DNA of 64,000 nt. Source: an uncultured Gammaproteobacteria bacterium. GTDB lineage: Bacteria > Patescibacteriota > Microgenomatia > Daviesbacterales > UBA10151. Below the pieces are notes generated by a model that saw only the letters and a program-made list of their open reading frames with translations, had not been told where the DNA came from and searched no databases. Of the stretch, positions 56,617 through 64,000 are shown in pieces (the first letter of the stretch is position 1; each line of letters begins with the position of its first letter). Location of the stretch: NCBI GenBank assembly GCA_964405655.1, contig CAYOOO010000002.1:2022-66021 (forward strand). Direction: 5' to 3'. Both the position numbers and the translations under genes were made by a program.

Positions 56617-57816
56617 TTAGGCTGCTCTGGATACTACTTCCCGTGCTTCTACCCCTACTGCTTGGCTGATGTGGGTTAGGCCGTCTTGTTCCATCAGTTT
56701 TATTAAACCTCTTAGAATTCTTCCAGCAATTGTTGGTCCAACAGCTCTATTGCCTGAGATAACTTCTAAAATAGAAGCACCAGCTTTAATCCGCTGATAA
56801 GCTGTCTCTGCGTCATTGACTGCTCCTGCTCCCCAGACCATCAGTTTGTTACCGAAGTTGAGATAAATATAAGCAGTCTTTTCCAACAGCATTTGTCTAA
56901 AGTCAGGATCATCGCCAGCAATTCCACCTGTAGTTAAAAATCTTTCACCGTATTTTCTTTGGACTTTTTGGTCGTAGTATTTTCTTTTAATCTCCGAATC
57001 AGTAGTGGTGTTGCCCATAATTACTCCAGTGGTACCAACATCAATTGCAACTACTAGAGCCTCATCTATCTCCTGATAGCTCATATCAGGCGAGAGTTTG
57101 ATTAAAAATGGTAAGAACACTCCTTTCTCGCTCATGACAGATATAATAGCCTGGGCGCTGTCCATCAAATATTCTTTTCCCAGGAGCCTTCTTAAAGGAG
57201 TATCCTGATCCAGTAAAACAGTATTAGGCGAGGAGTGGTTTAAGACTAAGAATTTAACTCGGGTATAATCAGAACTTGGTATCAAAATTCTGGTTAACTT
57301 AGCTAAGGCCTCAGGTGCATCTTTGGCTTTAACGTCTTTGTTAATTCCGACATTTCCGCCAACAACTAAATCGCTATATTGATTAAGTCTTTGGCCAATT
57401 GTTTCAGCTGTTTCTTTTTGATTAAACCCTAGCCAATTCCAAGTTACTACCCGGCCATTTATAATAATTACTTCCTGTCTGGGTAAAGGTTGGTTACCTA
57501 TTTGGGGATTTAAGACGACTGTTCCTACCTCAACACCACTATAGCCTAAAGCAATTAATCCTCTGACACCTTCACCATTTTTTGTCCAACCTGGCCCAAC
57601 AAATAGTGGACTTTCTGCCCTGATTCCATCAATATCTACCCTTAGTCTCTCATCAGAAAATCTTTGTCTGCCAAAATTGAGTTGTTGAATTAAATTTAAT
57701 CCGTAAGGGGTATGCTCTAATAAATCCAAAAGATTTTTGGTCCGGTTGTGCCAAGTCTCAGAATCAAGTCTTGCTAGGGCTGGGTTAACCAAGCCTTTAT
57801 AAAACTCAACGCCCAT
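56617..57816 (-). CDS. pyrD: Dihydroorotate dehydrogenase, class 2-like (divergent)
   Basis: LDSETWH, GWTKNG, VEVGTV..PQ.GN..PR, NVGINK, SSPNT, KLSPD, GNTT. Confidence 0.85.
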   Translation of the reverse strand: MGVEFYKGLVNPALARLDSETWHNRTKNLLDLLEHTPYGLNLIQQLNFGRQRFSDERLRVDIDGIRAESPLFVGPGWTKNGEGVRGLIALGYSGVEVGTVVLNPQIGNQPLPRQEVIIINGRVVTWNWLGFNQKETAETIGQRLNQYSDLVVGGNVGINKDVKAKDAPEALAKLTRILIPSSDYTRVKFLVLNHSSPNTVLLDQDTPLRRLLGKEYLMDSAQAIISVMSEKGVFLPFLIKLSPDMSYQEIDEALVVAIDVGTTGVIMGNTTTDSEIKRKYYDQKVQRKYGERFLTTGGIAGDDPDFRQMLLEKTAYIYLNFGNKLMVWGAGAVNDAETAYQRIKAGASILEVISGNRAVGPTIAGRILRGLIKLMEQDGLTHISQAVGVEAREVVSRAA

Positions 57817-58432
57817 TTGCTCTTTTTTCTAAATCTTCCAAATGCTTCTCAAGAAAGGATAAATTTTTAGGATCAAAGTTAGGATCTGCCAGACAGCATT
57901 CAAGAACTCGTCTGGTAGTGGTGACAAAATCGCACCTGATTCCAAACTGTGAAGATAAGTCACTAATACCGTTATTCTCACGGTCTAGTAGCACTAAAGC
58001 ATCAGTAACCACTAAGCCATTGTCCCTCAAGACTGTTACCCCTTCACTGATACTTTTACCGGTCGTCAGCGCATCATCAATTACTAAAGCAGTTTGACCA
58101 GGAGAGTAGACTCCATCAATTTTATGATTTTCTCCATGATCTTTTTGATGTAACCTGGGAGTAATTTGGGGAACTTTTAAATAATCTGATAGGGAAGAAA
58201 CTAAAGGTGTTGAACCTGTGGGGACATCTGCCAAAATATCAAATTTTAAACCATGAGCTTTTGCTGCTAAAACTTGTACACAAACAGCTTTTAAGTCTGG
58301 GAAAGATCTTAAATTTCTAAGATCATAATAAACTGTAGTAATCCCCCCAGCTTTTAATCTAAACTCCCCAAACCTGACGCACTGTGAATATAGTATTGCC
58401 TGTTCAACAGTATAACCTTCAACCAAAGCCAT
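57806..58432 (-). CDS. pyrE: Orotate phosphoribosyltransferase
   Basis: FGEFRLKAG...YYDLR, KDHG, LVIDDALTTGKS, LLDRE. Confidence 0.92.
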   Translation of the reverse strand: MALVEGYTVEQAILYSQCVRFGEFRLKAGGITTVYYDLRNLRSFPDLKAVCVQVLAAKAHGLKFDILADVPTGSTPLVSSLSDYLKVPQITPRLHQKDHGENHKIDGVYSPGQTALVIDDALTTGKSISEGVTVLRDNGLVVTDALVLLDRENNGISDLSSQFGIRCDFVTTTRRVLECCLADPNFDPKNLSFLEKHLEDLEKRANGR

Positions 58433-58435
58433 AAT

Positions 58436-59551
58436 TTATGCTACTTGTGGCAGCGATACTTCTTCATGCATGGGTGTTAAATGTCTGATTTTTGGTATAT
58501 AACCATCAAGAAATAGGGTAAATGGTCGTGATTTGGTTCCAGCGCCCAGGATCATATCCAAAAGTGCCATTCTGACATAGAGTCCATTTTGGGCCTGCCT
58601 AAATGCAGCCATTCTAGGATCACTATCACAGTCTGTTGGTAATTCTTCATTTCTTGGTAGGGGGTGCATAACAATTGCATGAGACTGCATTAGTCCCATT
58701 GCCTCCAAATCTATACCGCACTCTCTATAAGCTGATTCGTCAATATATATAGCTTCTCCATTTCGGCCAGCTTTTGGTCTTTCTTTTTGAGGTCTAGTTA
58801 AGTAAACAACGTCGACTTTATGAAGTATTGGCCTTAAACTAGTATGTTCCCTATATGGAACACCTTTTTCGTCGAGGTATTCTTTAATGTCATCTCCCAT
58901 TCGCAGTTGCCAGGGAGAAACAAAGTCCAGGCTGACACCTGGGAATTTTGCCAGTAAATAGGCTAGTGATCTGTCAGTCCTGCCTCTTTCCAAATCTCCA
59001 GACATTGCTACTCTTAAACCGCTGATATGACCTAACTCCTTTCTGATTGTATAAACGTCCAAAAGTGATTGAGTTGGGTGTTGGCCTTTGCCATCACCCG
59101 CATTAATGATTGGTATACCTGACACTCTGGCAGCTCTGGCAGCACCACCAGTTTCATGATATCTAAGGACAATATAGTCATACCCGTAGCCATTAATAAT
59201 TCTGATTGTATCTTCTAAAGTTTCGCCTTTAATAGCTGATGAAAATTCTTTAGCATTTTCGGTACTAGAAAAAATTCCGCCCAGATTTAAAATAGCAGCT
59301 TCAAAAGAAGTTCTGGTTCTGGTTGAGGGTTCGTAGAATAAGTTATAACCCATTTTCCCTTTTAATATTTTGCTTCTTTTTTTACCTTCCGAGTGAACTT
59401 GTTCCATCCACGCAGCCAGCGGGAATAGATCCTGCTCTAGCCACTCCCTAGAAAACTGTTGGGCTTCAAGAATATGATAGGGAATATGACCAGGATAAAT
59501 TATTGGAGCCAAGTCTTCATGTCTTCCGCCCGATACTTCAGCAAATGCCAT
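58436..59551 (-). CDS. pyrB: Aspartate carbamoyltransferase catalytic subunit
   Basis: FYEPSTRT, NAGDG.GQHPTQ, MHPLPR, NGLYVRMALL. Confidence 0.96.
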   Translation of the reverse strand: MAFAEVSGGRHEDLAPIIYPGHIPYHILEAQQFSREWLEQDLFPLAAWMEQVHSEGKKRSKILKGKMGYNLFYEPSTRTRTSFEAAILNLGGIFSSTENAKEFSSAIKGETLEDTIRIINGYGYDYIVLRYHETGGAARAARVSGIPIINAGDGKGQHPTQSLLDVYTIRKELGHISGLRVAMSGDLERGRTDRSLAYLLAKFPGVSLDFVSPWQLRMGDDIKEYLDEKGVPYREHTSLRPILHKVDVVYLTRPQKERPKAGRNGEAIYIDESAYRECGIDLEAMGLMQSHAIVMHPLPRNEELPTDCDSDPRMAAFRQAQNGLYVRMALLDMILGAGTKSRPFTLFLDGYIPKIRHLTPMHEEVSLPQVA

Positions 59552-59581
59552 ATTTTCTTCAAAAAAAGATGTTTTTTCTGC

Positions 59582-59655
59582 AAAAAAATGGAGCCTTGCG
59601 GCTCCTTCTACTCGACCTTTCTTAAACCAGACAGGTAGTTTTTAAATTTATGCAT
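59582..59655 (-). promoter_or_regulatory. Putative pyr attenuator (15-aa leader ORF plus terminator)
   Basis: uORF MHKFKNYLSGLRKVE* (59655-59608) ends 2 nt before GGAGCC-GCAA-GGCTCC-AT7. Confidence 0.55.
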
Positions 59656-59852
59656 TTCAATATTTGTAATATAAACGTCAAACTTAATTCAATATCTGTC
59701 TTTACAATTTGTGTTATGATAGTTTGGGTTTGTAGTTTCTTTTGGACTTTTCTACCAAAACTCGATCTTTTTTAACGGTACTTACTACCGAAAAGTATAT
59801 TACATGGCTTCCTATTACTAAACATGTCAAGAAAAGCTGACATAAAAAACTT

Positions 59853-60194
59853 ATGACAGCAGAGCTAAAAACTCTTGAACTATCTTCAAAACCTGTTCAA
59901 AGAATAGTTTTATCTATTAAGGCTCCAACTATCGAAGAAGTGATTGATACCTTGGGCAATCGGCGTTTTTTTGGGCTAATGCAAAATTTTAACAGCAGAG
60001 GGAAAGAGTGGAGAGCTGTTACTAGTAGACATCTAGGTTTTCGCTCATATCAAGGAGGTAGTCAATTAGAAGCTGTCCAAAGACTTTATCTGGCAGTTCC
60101 AAATCTTGAGGTAAGATACAATTGTGCTCAATATCATGATGTGTTAGTACCCAGTTCAGAGTGGGTAGAGTTATTTACTCGGGTCTCTCTCTAA
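59853..60194 (+). CDS. Hypothetical protein
   Basis: 113-aa ATG-started ORF. Confidence 0.6.
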   Translation: MTAELKTLELSSKPVQRIVLSIKAPTIEEVIDTLGNRRFFGLMQNFNSRGKEWRAVTSRHLGFRSYQGGSQLEAVQRLYLAVPNLEVRYNCAQYHDVLVPSSEWVELFTRVSL

Positions 60195-60250
60195 AATTTC
60201 AGAGTCCCAATAAGTTTTCTGATCCAGTTTTAATATGGTATATTTGCCCT

Positions 60251-61042
60251 ATGCTTTCAAACCTTCTTTATGATGCTAGAATCTTACTCTCGCTAGTATT
60301 TGTTTCAATTTTAATAATTATTGTAGATAGCTTAGGGTTTTTTAATTACCCTAAGTCTCTTCTTCAGCAAGTGACTATTCCAATTCAATATGGTTTGTAT
60401 AAGACTTATCTTTCTGTTTCAAGACAGTTTGAATTTATTATTTTAGCCCGTCGTGCCTCCCAGGAGAACAAAGCCTTAACAGAACAGCTAGCCCAAGTTC
60501 TCTCAGAAAATGCTCAACTGCGCAAAAAGCTGGCTGAAACAGAAAGTTTTTTACAACAGCAGAAAACCTTAGATCCTCAAACCTTTAATCTAATAGCAAC
60601 CAGACCAATTGGTATAAACAGATACATGCTTTTAGACAAAGGTTCAGAGGATGGAATTAAACTCAACCAGACAGTGATTTATAAAGATAACTATTTGGGA
60701 GAAATAAAAGAAGTTAGCCCTAAAAAATCTAAGGTTCAACTGCCTTCTGACCCAGATTCAAAAGTTGCTGTTTTTGTGGCTGATGCCAATGGAAAGGCAA
60801 AAGGGATACTGGTAGGTTTATTTGGTTCTGATATGTTGATAGATAAGGTGTTGCACCAGGAACCTTTAAGTAAAAATGACTTGGTTTATACAGAGGGGAC
60901 TGAAGGGAAAATGCCCAGAGGTTTAATTGTTGGACAAATTTCTGAAGTATTGCAAAAGGAGAACGAAGTTTTTAAGCAAGCCAAAGTAAGACCTGTTTTT
61001 GATATCACTAATCTGGATATTGTCTTTGTGATCACCAACTAG
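60251..61042 (+). CDS. mreC: Rod shape-determining protein MreC
   Basis: TM, coiled coil ENAQLRK, LDKGSEDGI, PRGLIVGQI. Confidence 0.93.
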   Translation: MLSNLLYDARILLSLVFVSILIIIVDSLGFFNYPKSLLQQVTIPIQYGLYKTYLSVSRQFEFIILARRASQENKALTEQLAQVLSENAQLRKKLAETESFLQQQKTLDPQTFNLIATRPIGINRYMLLDKGSEDGIKLNQTVIYKDNYLGEIKEVSPKKSKVQLPSDPDSKVAVFVADANGKAKGILVGLFGSDMLIDKVLHQEPLSKNDLVYTEGTEGKMPRGLIVGQISEVLQKENEVFKQAKVRPVFDITNLDIVFVITN

Positions 61043-61049
61043 ACTAGAT

Positions 61050-61499
61050 ATGAAACTTTATGTATTTTTACTGATCCTGGCAGCATTTCTGCAAACTTCA
61101 ATTATCCCCATCAATCTGGTACTAATTTTGCTGATTATTAGAAGTTTTTTAATAGAAGATAAAGCCAACTATTTAGCCTCATTCTTTTTGGGGATATTGT
61201 TGGGGATCCTTTCATCTTCTAATGTTGGCTACTGGAGTTTGATCTTTTTATTGGTTGTTAAAATTGTTTATTTGACTAAAAAACTGCCTTTCTTTGAAAA
61301 TGCCAGCACATTTTTACTGTTATCTTTTATATTAGTTTTGTTTGTCAATGTTAGCTCAGGGTTGATTTTAAAACAGACTATTGATTACCGTTTAGTTTTA
61401 ATTGAAGCATTGGTTTCGCTACCAATTTTTTGGTTGATTCGTCTTTGGGAAGAAAGATTTGTTGTCAAATCAGATATCAGGTTAAAAATAAAAAAATAA
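61050..61499 (+). CDS. mreD: Rod shape-determining protein MreD
   Basis: Hydrophobic protein between mreC and mrdA. Confidence 0.75.
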   Translation: MKLYVFLLILAAFLQTSIIPINLVLILLIIRSFLIEDKANYLASFFLGILLGILSSSNVGYWSLIFLLVVKIVYLTKKLPFFENASTFLLLSFILVLFVNVSSGLILKQTIDYRLVLIEALVSLPIFWLIRLWEERFVVKSDIRLKIKK

Positions 61500-61511
61500 G
61501 GAGTCCAAACC

Positions 61512-63368
61512 TTGGCTAAGAATCGTTTTGGAAAAGCTTTCCCGGATGAGTTAAATAAGGTAACTGGTAAGTTTAGAGGTCACCTTAACAAAAATACTAA
61601 AGACAGCAGTGATTGGCAGGATTATCTCTTCTTAGGTGGAGAAGGAGAGCAACTATCAACCCATTTGACTGATTCCTGGAGAAAATTGTTTTTTGTTATC
61701 TCTGTATTAATTTTATTTTCAGTAATTTTGATTAGATTAGTCCATCTCCAAGTTGTTGAAGGAGAAAGAAGCAGAGATTTAGCTGATTCTAACCGTGTTC
61801 AAGTTAAGATAATCCATGCCCCAAGGGGAGTAATTTATGACCGGAATGGTAAAATTTTAGCCCAAAACGAGCCTGGATTTAGGCTGGTGGAAGGGGATAA
61901 AAATCCTCCCAATGTAACCGTAATTAGCCGGGATGAAGCTTTACAGATGGAAGTAAACAGTAACCCCCGTTTTAAGTATCTGGAGATTGATACTATCCGT
62001 TCTTATCCACAGGGTGAGATAACCTCTCATATTATTGGTTACGTTTCAGAGATCACAGCTGATGAATTGAGGGATAGTCAGTATTTAGGTTATAAATTAG
62101 GGGACAGAATTGGCCGTGGAGGGGTTGAGGAGGTTTATGAAAAAATCCTAAAAGGAATTGATGGCGGAGAAGTTATTGAAGTTGATAGTAAAGGTAAGAA
62201 AATTAGGACATTAAATAAGAAAGAGGCAGTTCCAGGACAAAACCTTTATCTAACAATTGATAGCGATCTACAAAAAGTAGTTTTTGAAAAATTATCTGAG
62301 GGTATTAAAAAAGTTGGTAGTTGTTGCGGTGCAGCCGTGGCAATAGATCCCCATTCAGGGCAGATTTACGCACTTGTCTCTATCCCCGCATTCGATCCAA
62401 GCAGCCTAACTCAAAGCTTAGAAGCACCGGATTCACCATTTTTAAACAGGGTAATTGCTGGTAGCTACCCTCCTGGCTCAACCTTTAAAATTGCCTCAGC
62501 TTTGGCTGGTTTAAATTCTGGAAAGATTACGTCCAGTACCCAGTTTGAGGATACCGGTGTCATGACTTTGGGTACGTCTACCTTCTCTAACTGGTACTTT
62601 TCCCAGTATGGTAGGAAAGAAGGTATGGTAGATATTGTCAAGGCCCTTAAGCGCTCAAATGATATCTATTTTTACAATCTTGGTAGATTGGTGGGCGAAA
62701 AAACTCTAGCAGATGTGGCTAAAAATTTAGGACTTGGCAAAAGACTGGGAATAGATATTCCCGGAGAAGCAGAGGGAGTGATACCTGATAATGATTGGAA
62801 AGTTAAAAATTTGGGCGAAATCTGGTTTCCAGGTGATACGCTACATATGTCTATTGGCCAGGGGTTTGTTTTAACCACACCTTTGCAAATCTCTTATTTA
62901 ACATCAACAGTGGCTGCAGAGGGAAAGCAATTTCCTCCTCATCTTGCTTTAAAAATTACTGATCCTTTTAGTAAAAATTTAAAGGATTTTAAATATGACT
63001 CTTTAACCAGCAAAGAGTTTAAAAAGGATAATTTAGCTATTATTAAGCAAGGATTATCCCAGGTCACCAAAGAAGGGGGAACTGCCTGGCCGTTTTTCAC
63101 CTTTCCTATAAAAACAGCAGGAAAAACTGGTACAGCTGAGTTTGGTGATCCTAAAGGAAGGACTCATGCTTGGTATACTTCTTTCGCACCTGAAGATAAT
63201 CCCAGAATAACCTTAACTGTTTTAGTTGAAGCCGGAGGAGAGGGATCAACAATAGCAGGTTCAATCTCTAAAGAGATTTACAGATGGTATTTTTCAGACA
63301 ATAAAGCTAACTTGATTAAAGATATCTATATAGTAGCAACAGAATCTGCTAGAACTTTGGGTGAATAA
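61512..63368 (+). CDS. mrdA: Penicillin-binding protein 2
   Basis: APRGVIYDRNG, PPGSTFK, SND, AGKTGTAE. Confidence 0.95.
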   Translation: MAKNRFGKAFPDELNKVTGKFRGHLNKNTKDSSDWQDYLFLGGEGEQLSTHLTDSWRKLFFVISVLILFSVILIRLVHLQVVEGERSRDLADSNRVQVKIIHAPRGVIYDRNGKILAQNEPGFRLVEGDKNPPNVTVISRDEALQMEVNSNPRFKYLEIDTIRSYPQGEITSHIIGYVSEITADELRDSQYLGYKLGDRIGRGGVEEVYEKILKGIDGGEVIEVDSKGKKIRTLNKKEAVPGQNLYLTIDSDLQKVVFEKLSEGIKKVGSCCGAAVAIDPHSGQIYALVSIPAFDPSSLTQSLEAPDSPFLNRVIAGSYPPGSTFKIASALAGLNSGKITSSTQFEDTGVMTLGTSTFSNWYFSQYGRKEGMVDIVKALKRSNDIYFYNLGRLVGEKTLADVAKNLGLGKRLGIDIPGEAEGVIPDNDWKVKNLGEIWFPGDTLHMSIGQGFVLTTPLQISYLTSTVAAEGKQFPPHLALKITDPFSKNLKDFKYDSLTSKEFKKDNLAIIKQGLSQVTKEGGTAWPFFTFPIKTAGKTGTAEFGDPKGRTHAWYTSFAPEDNPRITLTVLVEAGGEGSTIAGSISKEIYRWYFSDNKANLIKDIYIVATESARTLGE

Positions 63369-64000
63369 CCCCTAACCTATAACCCACAGCAACTAACCCT
63401 CTCCTAAAATCTGGCATTTGGGCCAGTTTCATAGCTTCTGCCAACAAGATTTGGAATCTGGATAAGTCTTGAGAAATATCTACACCTCGGATTTCTGACC
63501 AAGTTTTGATCTTTTCTATACGTGCTTTTAAGTCTTGAATATTCTGTACTCCTTCTGGATAGCGCGGATCCAAATAATCAGGGTGTGCCAAACAAGAACT
63601 GATATCTTTTCTTAGCTCGTGTAAAAAGCTAGGTGCGACCCTATCAATATATGGAAAGGCAAATTCCAGATCCTCTCCCAAGAATCTGGCAGCAGTAATT
63701 GCTTGATTTACCTCGTTCATTACCTGGAGTATTGGCTGTCCTGCCTCCAAAAAAGTTTGGGCCCTATCTAAAGCCGTTTTTTTGAGATAACGGTTATAAA
63801 TCCGATCAATTTGGACAAGTCCTGCTCTTCCTTCTTCTGAATCAGTTGAGATTAGCCTAGTGAGATTACCAGCCTTAAGCGCAAACTTCCTGGCTTTGTC
63901 AAAATCTTCAACATCAGCTGCCTGGAAGGCATCTTTCATTAAGGTAGCAATAACTTGACGATGGTTTTCTACCAATTGCCCTGGTAGTTGAGTCAGATCT
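63349..64000 (-). CDS. Hypothetical helical protein, probably 5'-partial
   Basis: Frame stays open from the track start (63975) to the window edge. Confidence 0.65.
   Translation of the reverse strand, partial: DLTQLPGQLVENHRQVIATLMKDAFQAADVEDFDKARKFALKAGNLTRLISTDSEEGRAGLVQIDRIYNRYLKKTALDRAQTFLEAGQPILQVMNEVNQAITAARFLGEDLEFAFPYIDRVAPSFLHELRKDISSCLAHPDYLDPRYPEGVQNIQDLKARIEKIKTWSEIRGVDISQDLSRFQILLAEAMKLAQMPDFRRGLVAVGYRLGVIHPKF

Overview
A 64-kb chromosomal segment of a low-GC bacterium. Gene content, extended ribosomal proteins and frequent leaderless-type starts suggest Patescibacteria/CPR, probably Microgenomates (inference). The housekeeping backbone includes leuS, comEA/comEC, argS, ndk, a sortase, two mreB genes, mreCD-mrdA, a class A PBP, secE-nusG-rplK-rplA, rplJL, rpmB, def-fmt and five tRNAs. 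Orphan genes are interspersed throughout. Highlights: (1) a T-box riboswitch with a clear antiterminator/terminator upstream of two tandem PvcA/Dit1 (isocyanide-synthase-family) genes followed by argS; (2) three tRNA genes each trailed by a same-isotype 3' remnant whose T-loop is split by a hairpin insert at the same position; (3) short GC-rich palindromes, some in frame inside rplA, mreB and fmt; (4) a PaaX/Cas2-like gene bracketed by palindromic direct repeats; (5) orphans with toxin-like domains (ART-like, two RelE-like C-termini, zincin) and a pyrB-pyrE-pyrD insertion that share an N-terminal style; (6) an unannotated ~250-nt structured RNA. All family calls are by-eye motif recognition; no searches were run.
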